This document shows, piece after piece, positions 1 through 11,163 of a stretch of 46,586 bases of DNA (its first letter is position 1; the number at the start of each line of letters is the position of its first letter). A model generated the notes under the pieces. The model saw only the letters and a list, made by a program, of their open reading frames with translations, was not told where the DNA came from and did not search any database. Origin of the DNA: Marinobacter sp. (GTDB lineage: Bacteria > Pseudomonadota > Gammaproteobacteria > Pseudomonadales > Oleiphilaceae). The translations under genes and the position numbers were made by a program. The stretch lies in the NCBI GenBank assembly GCA_033721635.1, contig JAWWAT010000001.1:1-46586 (forward strand), given 5' to 3'.

Positions 1-1
1 A

Positions 2-874
2 GGGAAAACCGTGAACCAGGGGCGTTTGCCGGACCCTGCCCAGTCTGAGATAAGTATGCCCGGCTTCAACATCCGGGTTGAGGGCGGCACATTTAACGCC
101 GGTGACAAATACCTGATTCAGCCCAGCCGGAATGCGGCTGACAGTATCGGGCTGGTGGTTAATCGTGAAGAGGATCTGGCCTTTGCCTCTCCGGTTCGAG
201 CGACGACCGGAGATAACAATATCGGTACCGGCAAGATCGATCAGGGCACCATGCTGAACGTGAGGAATCCGTTTACCAATTCCTTGTTGCCCGCTTTTCA
301 GTCGTCTGGTCAGTTGGCGAATGGCCCGATAACCGTGGAATTTGACGATCCGGGTACCGGCCTCGTGTTCACCGTGACGGACGGTAGTGGCAATCCCATA
401 GGCCCGACTAATCGTCCATACACGCCTGGTGTCGCCAATGAACTGTTCAGTGACAATCCGGCGGATGGTGCCGAGTATCAGGGCTTTCAGTTCAAGATAA
501 CCGGGCAGCCGGCTGACGGTGACACCTTCGAGATCAATTACAACTCCAACGGCGTTTCGGATAACCGGAATGCGGAGCTGCTGGCGGCCCTTGGCACAGC
601 GAACACCCTCAACGGTGGCAGCCAGAATTTTTCCGAGGGTTACGCAGGGCTTGTCGAGGATATTGGCGTCAAGACGCGCCAGAGCCAGCTGGATGTGGAT
701 GCCGGCAAGACCCTTCTGGAGCAGTCAACCAACCAGCGGGAATCGGTATCCGGCGTCAACCTGGATGAGGAAGCCGGCCGCCTGATCCAGTATCAGGCCG
801 CGTACAATGCCTCGGCCCAGGTGATGTCGGTGGCCCAGGACCTGTTCAATACCCTGTTGCAGAGTTTCCGGTAA
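2..874 (+). CDS. flgK: Flagellar hook-associated protein 1 FlgK, C-terminal part (gene starts upstream of the window)
   Basis: Frame is open from the window start. C-terminal RESVSGVNLDEEAGRLIQYQAAYNASAQVM is the FlgK C-terminal signature; lies directly upstream of flgL. Confidence 0.93.
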   Translation, partial: GKTVNQGRLPDPAQSEISMPGFNIRVEGGTFNAGDKYLIQPSRNAADSIGLVVNREEDLAFASPVRATTGDNNIGTGKIDQGTMLNVRNPFTNSLLPAFQSSGQLANGPITVEFDDPGTGLVFTVTDGSGNPIGPTNRPYTPGVANELFSDNPADGAEYQGFQFKITGQPADGDTFEINYNSNGVSDNRNAELLAALGTANTLNGGSQNFSEGYAGLVEDIGVKTRQSQLDVDAGKTLLEQSTNQRESVSGVNLDEEAGRLIQYQAAYNASAQVMSVAQDLFNTLLQSFR

Positions 875-892
875 CGGTTGAGGTGATGTGAC

Positions 893-2116
893 ATGATCAG
901 AATTTCATCACAGCAGATTTTCTCGGGCGGTATCAACCGGCTCCAGGAGCTGAATACCAGTCTGAATAATACCCAGCAACAGATCTCGACTGGCCAGCGG
1001 GTAAACAAACCGTCTGACGATCCGGTAGCCGCAGCGCGGATCCTGAAGCTGGACCAGGAGCTTTCGCGGGTTGAGACTTACCAGCGTAATGTTGACCTGG
1101 CGGACAATCGCCTGAAGCAGGAAGAGAGTGCGCTGGAAAGCTCAATCGATGTGATTCAGCGGATCCGCGAGTTAACTGTTCAGGCGGGTAACGGATCTCT
1201 GTCGGCCAACGACCGGCGCTCGATTTCGTCCGAGCTCGAGGAGCGTTTGGGCCAGCTGGCGAATATTGCCAATACCCGGGATGCCTCGGGTGAATATATC
1301 TTCAGTGGGTTCCAGGGCTCGGTGAAAGCCTTTGAGCAGGACCCTTCAGGTAGCTGGGTCTATCAGGGCGACGAGGGCCAGCGGGTTCTGGAGATTGACG
1401 ATGGCGTTACCGTTCCAATCAGTGATAACGGTAAAGACATCTTTGTAAGGGTTCCGGCAGCAGTGACAGGGGAGAATACCTCCGTCACGTCAGGTTCTTC
1501 GATCTCCGGGGTTTCACTTGTCAATGAGGCGGATTTACAAGCTGCTTTTCCCGACACTTTTCCAGACGACATCGAAATTCAAGTCGATGAGAACGGGGTT
1601 ATAACTGCATCTAACAGTCTTGGACCGTTGTCGGTTACGCCTGCTACCTATGAGAGCGGCGAACCGTTTGAAGTCGCTGGCGTAGAGGCAACCATTACTG
1701 GTCCCTTACCAACGGCGCCTGATGTCGATAGTTACACACTCAAGATCAACGAAAAACAATCCGTGTTCGGCACCATCGAAAACCTGATTGCCGGCCTGAA
1801 TAACATCGACAAGAGCAGTCCCGGCGGCCAGGCCGAGTACGATGACCTGATCGCCAATTCCCTGATCAACCTCGACAACGCCCAGGAGAGCATCATCCTC
1901 AAGCAAACCGAGTTGGGCGGCCGGATGAATGCAGTGGAATCGACCAAGACTTTTCTTGAGGATTCTTCGGTTTACACCAATGAAATCCGGTCCCAGTTGC
2001 AGGACGTGGACTACGCAGAAGCAATCAGTAACCTGAGCTTCCAGAGCTTCGTGCTTCAGGCGGCCCAGCAGTCCTTTGCGCAGGTTTCGCAACTGTCCTT
2101 GTTCGACAGATTGTAA
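893..2116 (+). CDS. flgL: Flagellar hook-associated protein 3 FlgL
   Basis: Flagellin-like N-terminus (QQQISTGQRVNKPSDDPVAAARI), C-terminus DVDYAEAISNL...LSLFDRL; SD GAGGT upstream; follows flgK. Confidence 0.95.
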   Translation: MIRISSQQIFSGGINRLQELNTSLNNTQQQISTGQRVNKPSDDPVAAARILKLDQELSRVETYQRNVDLADNRLKQEESALESSIDVIQRIRELTVQAGNGSLSANDRRSISSELEERLGQLANIANTRDASGEYIFSGFQGSVKAFEQDPSGSWVYQGDEGQRVLEIDDGVTVPISDNGKDIFVRVPAAVTGENTSVTSGSSISGVSLVNEADLQAAFPDTFPDDIEIQVDENGVITASNSLGPLSVTPATYESGEPFEVAGVEATITGPLPTAPDVDSYTLKINEKQSVFGTIENLIAGLNNIDKSSPGGQAEYDDLIANSLINLDNAQESIILKQTELGGRMNAVESTKTFLEDSSVYTNEIRSQLQDVDYAEAISNLSFQSFVLQAAQQSFAQVSQLSLFDRL

Positions 2117-2123
2117 ATATTCC

Positions 2124-2160
2124 AGCCAGCGGGCAGTTGTGTCCGCTGGCTTATTGCTTT
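2124..2160 (+). terminator. Probable intrinsic terminator of flgKL
   Basis: 12-bp stem AGCCAGCGGGCA/TGTCCGCTGGCT (one G-U) with GTTG loop, followed by TATTGCTTT. Confidence 0.65.
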
Positions 2161-2181
2161 CGCGATTAAGCTCAGTATAAT
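2154..2181 (+). promoter_or_regulatory. Sigma70 promoter for tRNA-Leu/queA
   Basis: TTGCTT (2154-2159), 16-nt spacer, TATAAT (2176-2181), then a C-rich discriminator; ends 17 nt before the tRNA. Confidence 0.7.
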
Positions 2182-2198
2182 CCCCACCACTCTCCGAT

Positions 2199-2285
2199 GG
2201 CGGCGTGGTGAAATTGGTAGACACGACGGATTCAAAATCCGTTGGGGTAAAACCCGTGGCGGTTCGAGTCCGCCCGCCGCTACCA
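2199..2285 (+). tRNA. tRNA-Leu(CAA)
   Basis: Cloverleaf: acceptor GGCGGCG/CGCCGCT, anticodon arm ACGGA-TTCAAAA-TCCGT, long variable arm, GGTTCGAGTCC T-arm, encoded ACCA. Confidence 0.96.
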
Positions 2286-2320
2286 TCTTCTTTCCTTCGG
2301 CGTCGTTAACAGTCCATTCC

Positions 2321-4560
<2,240 letters not shown>

Positions 4561-4589
4561 TCTATTCGCTTAACCAACGGAGATATTCA

Positions 4590-4952
4590 ATGAAATCTAT
4601 TAAAATGCTCGTTGCCGGCCTTTTGGCTCTGATGCCTGCTCTGGCCATGGCACAGGACCCGGGTGCTCAGGGAATGGGTGTTATGGGCCAGGTGATCTTT
4701 TTTGCAGGCTTCATCCTGATTTTCTATTTCCTGATCTGGCGCCCGCAGTCCAAGCGTGCGAAAGAGCACAAGGCCCTGATGTCCGGCCTTAACAAGGGTG
4801 ACGAAGTCGTGACCTCCGGTGGTGTTGCCGGCAAGATCACCAAGGTGACCGACGATTTCATCGTTGTGGAAGTTGCCGACAACGTAGAGATCAAGGTCCA
4901 GAAAGTAGCCGTGGCTGCGGCTCTGCCGAAGGGCACGCTCAAGGACATCTGA
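4590..4952 (+). CDS. yajC: Preprotein translocase subunit YajC
   Basis: FYFLIWRPQSKRAKEHK, GDEVVTSGG, LPKGTLK; ATG 4590 has SD GGAG (ORF-track start 4557 is probably too early). Confidence 0.95.
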   Translation: MKSIKMLVAGLLALMPALAMAQDPGAQGMGVMGQVIFFAGFILIFYFLIWRPQSKRAKEHKALMSGLNKGDEVVTSGGVAGKITKVTDDFIVVEVADNVEIKVQKVAVAAALPKGTLKDI

Positions 4953-5046
4953 GCGGGGCCATTTAGCCGGCCATCCCCGGTGGCCGGTCTGAATCTTCCT
5001 GGCTGAAACACCAAGGCCGGCCAGCAGGCCGGCTACAAGGGATCCC

Positions 5047-6921
5047 ATGCTGAACAAGTATCCGCTTTGGAAAAACCTGGTTATCCTGGTCGCGCTCGTG
5101 ATCGGGTTTATCTACGCTTTGCCCAACCTCTTTCCCGATGATTACGCCATCCAGATCACTGGCGCCCGCAGTAGCACTGAAGTGAATGCCGGCGTACTCG
5201 ACAGGGCTGTTGACGTTCTGGAGCGCCGGGGCATCGAGGTGAAAAGCAGTACTCTTCAGGATCGGGATGCCCTGATCCGCCTCACCAACTCTGAAGACCA
5301 GTTGCAGGCTCGTCCCCTGGTGCAGGCCGCTCTAGGCAATGAATACCTGGTGGCCCTGAACATGGCTGCCTCCACGCCGGAATGGCTGAAAAGCCTGGGC
5401 GCCGGCCCTATGAAACTGGGTTTGGATCTTCGTGGCGGTGTCCACTTCCTGCTGGAGGTCGACATGGAAACTGCAGTCAGCCAGCGGCTGGAGGCCATGT
5501 CCGGCCAGATCAAGCGGGAGCTGCGGGAAGAGCGGATCCGCTACCGAGGCGGAGATGTTCAGGATAGCCGCGAAATCGTGCTCAGCTTCCGTGACGAGGA
5601 ATCCCGCACCGAAGCTTTCAATATGGTGCGCGGCCAGTACAACGAATTTCTCCTGGATGAACAGACCGAGGGCGATCAGTTTCTTCTCGTACTGACCCTG
5701 TCTGAGGCGGAAGTTACAGCGATTCAGGATTATGCCCTGGAACAGAACCTGACAACCATCCGCAACCGGGTGAATGAGTTGGGCGTTGCCGAGCCCCTCG
5801 TTCAGCAGCAGGGCGCTGACCGTATTATTGTTGAGCTGCCCGGTGTGCAGGACACTGCGCAGGCCAAACGTGTGCTTGGTGCCACCGCGAACCTTGAGTT
5901 CCGCATGGAGGCCCGTCAGGACGCCCCGAGCAGCGAAACCGAGGAGTTCGGTTTCCGGGATCAGCCCCAGCGCACCGCCCGCCTTGAGCAGGAGGTCATT
6001 GCTACCGGTAACAACGTGGCCAATGCCCAACAGGCTTTTGATGAAAATGGCCAGCCCCAGGTCAATATCACCATGGATTCTGTGGGGGGTGACTTGATGA
6101 ACCGCGCCACCCGCAATGCCATTGGCCGCAGGATGGCGGTTCTGTTCATCGAGTACCGCACAGAAACCGAAACCCGCATGGTTGACGGTGAGCCCCAGGA
6201 AGTGGAAAACCGCGTTGTGGAGAAAGGCATCATCAGCCTTGCCACCGTGCAATCCGCCCTGGGCAGCAGCTTCCGGATCACCGGGCTTGATTCCATCCCT
6301 GAGGCCGCCGAACTGGCTTTGCTGCTGCGTGCCGGTGCGCTGGCCGCTCCGATGTATTTTGTTCAGGAAAGGACAATTGGTCCCAGTCTCGGTCAGAAAA
6401 ACATTGATGCTGGCATGATGTCGGTAGCGCTTGGCTTCGGCCTGGTGCTGTTGTACATGCTCGTCTACTACCGCGGGTTTGGTGTTGTCGCGAACATTGC
6501 GCTGACCCTGAACCTGATGTTGCTGGTGGCCTGCATGTCGATTCTGTCGGCGACACTGACCTTGCCGGGTATTGCCGGTATCGTTCTGACAGTGGGTATG
6601 GCGGTAGACGCCAACGTGCTTATCTTTGAGCGCATAAAAGAAGAGCTCAAGTCCGGTGTGCCGCCGCAAACGGCCATTAACTCCGGCTATTCCCGAGCCT
6701 TTGTTTCCATTTTTGATGCCAACATCACCACTTTGCTGGTTGCCGTCATTCTGTTTGCCATGGGCTCCGGCCCGGTGAAAGGCTTTGCGGTAACCTTGTG
6801 CATCGGGATCCTGACGTCGATGTTCTCTGGCCTGATGGTCAGCCGGAGCATCGTGAACCTTGTTTACGGCGGCCGCAGGGTCGAGAAGCTGTCGATCGGA
6901 GGAAAGCTCGCCAATGTCTGA
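5047..6921 (+). CDS. secD: Protein translocase subunit SecD
   Basis: MLNKYPLWK, LGLDLRGGVHF, RVNELGVAEP, LTLPGIAGIVLTVGMAVDANVLIFERI. Confidence 0.97.
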   Translation: MLNKYPLWKNLVILVALVIGFIYALPNLFPDDYAIQITGARSSTEVNAGVLDRAVDVLERRGIEVKSSTLQDRDALIRLTNSEDQLQARPLVQAALGNEYLVALNMAASTPEWLKSLGAGPMKLGLDLRGGVHFLLEVDMETAVSQRLEAMSGQIKRELREERIRYRGGDVQDSREIVLSFRDEESRTEAFNMVRGQYNEFLLDEQTEGDQFLLVLTLSEAEVTAIQDYALEQNLTTIRNRVNELGVAEPLVQQQGADRIIVELPGVQDTAQAKRVLGATANLEFRMEARQDAPSSETEEFGFRDQPQRTARLEQEVIATGNNVANAQQAFDENGQPQVNITMDSVGGDLMNRATRNAIGRRMAVLFIEYRTETETRMVDGEPQEVENRVVEKGIISLATVQSALGSSFRITGLDSIPEAAELALLLRAGALAAPMYFVQERTIGPSLGQKNIDAGMMSVALGFGLVLLYMLVYYRGFGVVANIALTLNLMLLVACMSILSATLTLPGIAGIVLTVGMAVDANVLIFERIKEELKSGVPPQTAINSGYSRAFVSIFDANITTLLVAVILFAMGSGPVKGFAVTLCIGILTSMFSGLMVSRSIVNLVYGGRRVEKLSIGGKLANV

Positions 6922-7867
6922 AGATCAGAAGCAACCGTTTGATTTCATGGGGTTGCGGAAAGTCGCTTCCGTAATCTCGATCTCGCTGATCGTTGTGTCC
7001 ATTGCCCTGTTGGCCATCCGTGGCCTCAACCTGGGGATGGACTTCACCGGCGGCACCTCCGTTGAATTTGAATATGCAGAGGCGCCCCAGCTCGACGAAA
7101 TCCGGTCAAGGCTCGATGCCGCCGGTTATGAGCAGTTCTCCGTTCAGAACTTCGGAGCCGATACCACAGTGCTGGTGCGGATGGCCGAAGCTGACAATGA
7201 TCAACTGGCCCCCGAGGTAACCCGAACCCTGAAAGAGGGTGGTGCGGAGTTGGAGCTCGTCAGTTCCGAGTTTGTGGGCTCCCAGGTTGGCGAGGAGCTT
7301 AAGGAAGATAGCGGCCTTGGTTTGTTGATTGCGCTGGCGGTCGTGTTGATCTACGTGGGTATGCGCTTCCAGTTCAAGTTCGGTATTGCCTCGGTGGTGC
7401 CCCTGGCTCACGATGTGATTATCGTTCTGGGTGTTTTTGCCCTGTTCCAGTGGACCTTCGATCTGACGGTGCTGGCGGCCCTGCTTGCCGTTATCGGCTA
7501 CTCGCTGAACGACACCATCGTTGTTGCTGACCGCATCCGTGAAAATTTCCGGAAGATGCGCGTGGGCGAGCCCTGGGATATTATCAACGAATCGATTCAT
7601 CAGACCATCGCCCGGACAATCAATACCTCCGGTACAACTCTTGTGGTGCTGTTCGCCCTGTATTTTCTGGGTGGTGAGGCGATCAACAACTTTGCCCTGG
7701 CACTGATTATCGGTGTGGTTGTTGGTACCTATTCTTCCATCTACGTGTCTGCCAACCTCCTGATGGTTATGGGTGTTTCCCGTGATGATCTGATCGTGCC
7801 GCCGAAAGAGGGCGCTGAAAACGCTGATGAGGAAGAGCAGCCGCCGGAGTGGCTGAACAGGATGTAA
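6914..7867 (+). CDS. secF: Protein translocase subunit SecF
   Basis: GMDFTGG, IGYSLNDTIVVADRIRENF, GTYSSIYVS; ATG 6914 overlaps the secD end. Confidence 0.96.
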   Translation: MSEDQKQPFDFMGLRKVASVISISLIVVSIALLAIRGLNLGMDFTGGTSVEFEYAEAPQLDEIRSRLDAAGYEQFSVQNFGADTTVLVRMAEADNDQLAPEVTRTLKEGGAELELVSSEFVGSQVGEELKEDSGLGLLIALAVVLIYVGMRFQFKFGIASVVPLAHDVIIVLGVFALFQWTFDLTVLAALLAVIGYSLNDTIVVADRIRENFRKMRVGEPWDIINESIHQTIARTINTSGTTLVVLFALYFLGGEAINNFALALIIGVVVGTYSSIYVSANLLMVMGVSRDDLIVPPKEGAENADEEEQPPEWLNRM

Positions 7868-7895
7868 TCGCATCCGTTCCGCCTTTTCCGGGCAC

Positions 7896-7929
7896 AAAAA
7901 AACCGCCACATCGCGTTGGCGGTTTTTTT
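7896..7929. terminator. Bidirectional intrinsic terminator between secF and suhB
   Basis: AAAAAAACCGCCA-CATCGCGT-TGGCGGTTTTTTT between convergent genes. Confidence 0.9.
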
Positions 7930-7951
7930 GTGTACGTGGGAACCGGAAACG

Positions 7952-8752
7952 TTAGCGAGGTAGACGACCCCGGAACGGATGCAGCACCTTCAGGACTTCG
8001 CGGAATAGTTTCGGGTTGGCCACGACCAGTTGGCGGGCGTTGCCGGTGGACGGGTTGCCGGAAAAGTCACCGGTCAGTGCGCCGGATTCCATGGCCAGGG
8101 TGACGCCTAGATCCAGGTCGGTGGCTTCCGGGCGGAAAATGATCGCGGCGTCCATCAGGCCCGCGGAAACCCGGGCGATGTCGAGTACTACACAGCCGGA
8201 CGTACGGAACATGCCGGAATCCCGTGCCAGTACGGCGGCCATTTCGCCCCAGAGCATCGGGTCCTCGCTCTTGCGAGCCTGGTCGAGCAGATTGGTGGCG
8301 ATGGCGGCTTTTTCGGGCAGCTTGATCTCTGAAGCGCGCACCCGGCGGCTGTTCAAAGCAGCCCCGTGACCACGGCTGGCGGAGTATTCCTCGCCGGTAA
8401 CGGGATTCACCAGAAGCAGGTTTTCGGTACGGTTATTCTTCTTCTGTGACAGTGCCAGAGCAAACTCCGGAATGCCCCTAAGGAAATTCTCTCGGCCCAG
8501 GACCGGAAAAATATGCCAGCTTTTCTCGCTGGTTCCGGCGTTCGCTTCGTTCAGCGGCGCGATGCTGTGGTCCTTGTAGGCCTTTTCGAGCTGTTCGGCA
8601 AAGTTGTCGTAAATAGACTGCTCAACCCGCTCCAGCTGACGACGGCGTTCTGAGTCGTCCTTGCCGGTGGGTTCCTGGCGCTCGAAATGGGCTTTCAGAT
8701 AATCGGACCCCTGACGCGCGACGCGCAGGGCCATTTTAATAGCTGGTTGCAT
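7952..8752 (-). CDS. suhB: SuhB / inositol monophosphatase-fold protein with degenerate catalytic motifs
   Basis: Colinear with SuhB (MQPAIKMALRVAR, NPVTGEEYSASRGHGAALN, FRTSG..LDIARVSAG, ESGALTGDFSG, VVANPK) and in the conserved secF-suhB-trmJ position. The DPLDGT motif reads FPVLGR. Start 8752 or 8764. Confidence 0.85.
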   Translation of the reverse strand: MQPAIKMALRVARQGSDYLKAHFERQEPTGKDDSERRRQLERVEQSIYDNFAEQLEKAYKDHSIAPLNEANAGTSEKSWHIFPVLGRENFLRGIPEFALALSQKKNNRTENLLLVNPVTGEEYSASRGHGAALNSRRVRASEIKLPEKAAIATNLLDQARKSEDPMLWGEMAAVLARDSGMFRTSGCVVLDIARVSAGLMDAAIIFRPEATDLDLGVTLAMESGALTGDFSGNPSTGNARQLVVANPKLFREVLKVLHPFRGRLPR

Positions 8753-8788
8753 CTGAGTGTTCATTATCCGGGTGTGTGAAGGCCGGGT

Positions 8789-8797
8789 ATCATAGCA
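8789..8797 (-). promoter_or_regulatory. Extended -10 promoter for suhB
   Basis: Minus strand TG-C-TATGAT, about 36 nt upstream of ATG 8752. Confidence 0.5.
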
Positions 8798-8891
8798 AAA
8801 GATCACCCCTCTTGTATGTTTTTTGACTCAGCAATAGCACGGATAACCAGAGGTTACGGGTTCTCCGAAGGAGCAGGGTCCGTCCGCTTTC

Positions 8892-8900
8892 TGCTATCAT
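8892..8900 (+). promoter_or_regulatory. Extended -10 promoter for trmJ-cysE
   Basis: TG-C-TATCAT, 35 nt upstream of ATG 8936. Confidence 0.45.
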
Positions 8901-8935
8901 TGCCGCCCTGATAAACAACCTTGGGCCTGCTTACA

Positions 8936-9799
8936 ATGCACAAAAGCGCACTTCCACAGGAAGGAACGGAAACATTTCAGGATCAGATCCGGATTGTTCT
9001 GGTAGAGACATCTCATTCAGGCAACATCGGCGCTGTCGCCCGAGCCATGAAAAACATGGGGCTGGGTAATCTGTGGCTGGTTAATCCGTGTTCCTTTCCG
9101 GATGAAGCGTCCTATGCGCGTGCGGCGGGTGCTTCGGATGTGCTTGATAATGCCCAGGTTGTTTCGTCGCTGGATGATGCTTTGGCCGATTGTGTGCTGG
9201 TCATGGGCACCAGTGCCCGAGGAAGGAAGGTGCCCTGGCCGGTCTGTGCGCCCCCGGAGGCGGCAGCTGCGGCTGCGGGGCACGCTGAAAGCGGCCCGGT
9301 TGCCATGGTATTCGGTAGAGAGAATCATGGGCTCAGCAACGACGAACTGCAGCGCTGCCACTATCACATTCATATCCCGTCCAACCCGGATTACAGCTCT
9401 CTTAACCTGGCCATGGCGGTACAAGTGATGTGTTATGAATTGCGGATGTATTATCTGCGAAGCCTTGAAGGCGGTGAGGGGAGCCCATACCTAAAGTCGA
9501 TGACCAGGCCCGGGGATGAAGGCTGGGATGTCCCGCCGGCCAAAGTTCAGGATGTCGAGGGCTTTTTCGGGCACCTGGAGCAGGTGCTTATTGATGTGGA
9601 TTTCCATCGGCGGGAGAACCCCAGGCAGTTGATGACGCGCTTGCGGCGACTGTTCCAGCGCGCCAGACTGGATCAGATGGAAATCAACATCCTCAGGGGT
9701 ATTCTCACTGCTGTTCAGAAGGCGGCAGGCACGCGGAATAACAGCAAATCAACCGAGGCCGGAACTGCGGCGACGGAACAGGATAATGGCCATGTTTGA
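8936..9799 (+). CDS. trmJ: tRNA (cytidine/uridine-32-2'-O)-methyltransferase TrmJ
   Basis: SPOUT motifs [49 protein letters not shown]; C-terminal EINILRGIL; synteny with suhB and cysE. Confidence 0.94.
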   Translation: MHKSALPQEGTETFQDQIRIVLVETSHSGNIGAVARAMKNMGLGNLWLVNPCSFPDEASYARAAGASDVLDNAQVVSSLDDALADCVLVMGTSARGRKVPWPVCAPPEAAAAAAGHAESGPVAMVFGRENHGLSNDELQRCHYHIHIPSNPDYSSLNLAMAVQVMCYELRMYYLRSLEGGEGSPYLKSMTRPGDEGWDVPPAKVQDVEGFFGHLEQVLIDVDFHRRENPRQLMTRLRRLFQRARLDQMEINILRGILTAVQKAAGTRNNSKSTEAGTAATEQDNGHV

Positions 9800-10565
9800 G
9801 CGTTTGCGGGAAGACATAAATAGCGTGTTCCACCGGGATCCCGCCGCGAGGAACACCTTCGAGGTTCTGACCAACTACCCGGGGTTGCACGCGCTGCTTT
9901 TTCATCGGTTTTCCCACTGGTTGTGGAGTCTCGGTCTGAAATGGCTTGCCCGTACCATCTCCACCATCGCCCGTTGGCTCACCGGCATCGAGATCCATCC
10001 GGGGGCAACCATTGGCCGTCGGTTCTTCATTGACCACGGCATGGGAGTGGTCATTGGCGAGACCACGGTGATCGGCGATGACGTGACCCTTTATCAAGGT
10101 GTCACCCTGGGGGGAACCAGCTGGAACAAAGGCAAGCGACATCCCACAATTGGTGACAGTGTCGTTGTTGGTGCCGGAGCGAAAATTCTCGGCCCCTTTG
10201 AAGTGGGCGAGGGCGCCAAGATCGGTTCTAACTCTGTGGTGACCAAAGCTGTGCCCGCGGGTGCAACGGTGGTGGGCATTCCGGGTCGTGTCATCGTCAA
10301 GCGCCAGGGTGAAGACGATGCGCGCCGCAAAGAGATGGAAGAGCGCATGGGCTTCGACGCCTATGGTGTAACGGAAGAAATGCCGGATCCTGTGGCGCGG
10401 GCCATGCGTTCGCTGCTTGATCACATGCACGCGGTGGATGACCGCATCGAGAACATGTGCAAGGCCCTTCGCAAGGTGAACAGCGAATACCAGAACGGAG
10501 AGTTGCCGCCACTGCAGGAGGAGGACTTTGATTGCGTCCGTGACGACGATGAGGTGCGTCGCTGA
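9786..10565 (+). CDS. cysE: Serine O-acetyltransferase
   Basis: [41 protein letters not shown], hexapeptide repeats. Confidence 0.96.
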   Translation: MAMFERLREDINSVFHRDPAARNTFEVLTNYPGLHALLFHRFSHWLWSLGLKWLARTISTIARWLTGIEIHPGATIGRRFFIDHGMGVVIGETTVIGDDVTLYQGVTLGGTSWNKGKRHPTIGDSVVVGAGAKILGPFEVGEGAKIGSNSVVTKAVPAGATVVGIPGRVIVKRQGEDDARRKEMEERMGFDAYGVTEEMPDPVARAMRSLLDHMHAVDDRIENMCKALRKVNSEYQNGELPPLQEEDFDCVRDDDEVRR

Positions 10566-10598
10566 ATACTTGACTGAAATGGTTGGTCAATTCATACT
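10566..10598 (+). promoter_or_regulatory. iscR promoter overlapped by an IscR type-1-like operator
   Basis: -35 TTGACT (10570-10575), 17 nt, -10 CATACT (10593-10598). ATACTTGACTGAAATGGTTGGTCAA resembles the IscR type-1 site (ATASYYGAC... half-site). Confidence 0.7.
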
Positions 10599-10643
10599 CT
10601 GCTTTGAATTTTTGAGATTCAATCCCGTCATGGGGCTGACACT

Positions 10644-11141
10644 ATGAAGTTGACCACCAAAGGCCGCTATGCCGTCACGGCAATGCTTGATCTGGCTCTG
10701 CATGGAGACCAGGGGCCGGTGAGTCTCGCCGATATCTCGGCGCGTCAGGAAATCTCACTGTCCTACCTGGAACAGCTTTTCTCCCGCCTCCGCCGCCAGA
10801 AACTGGTGGTCAGCATTCGTGGCCCCGGCGGTGGGTACAGGCTCAGTCGTCCGGCGGCAGATCTGTACATCGCCGAAGTGGTCGACGCCGTCAGCGAATC
10901 GTTGGACACTACCCGGTGTGGCAATAAAGGCGATTGCCAAAAGGGCGAGAAATGCCTGACCCACCACCTCTGGTCTGATTTGAGCGATCAGATTCATCAG
11001 TTCTTGAGCGAGATCAGTCTCGGAGATCTGATGAGAAAGCACGAAATTCGGCAGGTTGCGGATCGGCAAAATCGCCGCCAGTCCGACAACGGCTCTGAAA
11101 CCATCAACACCGAACGCCTGTCTGATCAGGCGCCGGCCTGA
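10644..11141 (+). CDS. iscR: Fe-S cluster assembly transcriptional regulator IscR
   Basis: [34 protein letters not shown]; [2Fe-2S] ligands C-x5-C-x5-C-x2-H ([16 protein letters not shown]). Confidence 0.97.
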   Translation: MKLTTKGRYAVTAMLDLALHGDQGPVSLADISARQEISLSYLEQLFSRLRRQKLVVSIRGPGGGYRLSRPAADLYIAEVVDAVSESLDTTRCGNKGDCQKGEKCLTHHLWSDLSDQIHQFLSEISLGDLMRKHEIRQVADRQNRRQSDNGSETINTERLSDQAPA

Positions 11142-11163
11142 TACCAACAAGCTCCTGGAACCC

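Noticed and set aside
1450-1750. Low-similarity, slightly more AT-rich middle of flgL
   Set aside because: Matches the variable surface-exposed domain of long FlgL proteins; the frame is intact and there is no sign of an inserted element.
5332-6669. 445-aa antisense ORF inside secD (similar ones at 7106-7909, 9705-10430, 17781-18575, 20280-21419, 32667-33431)
   Set aside because: Same codon-bias shadow effect opposite well-supported genes; no protein motifs recognised.
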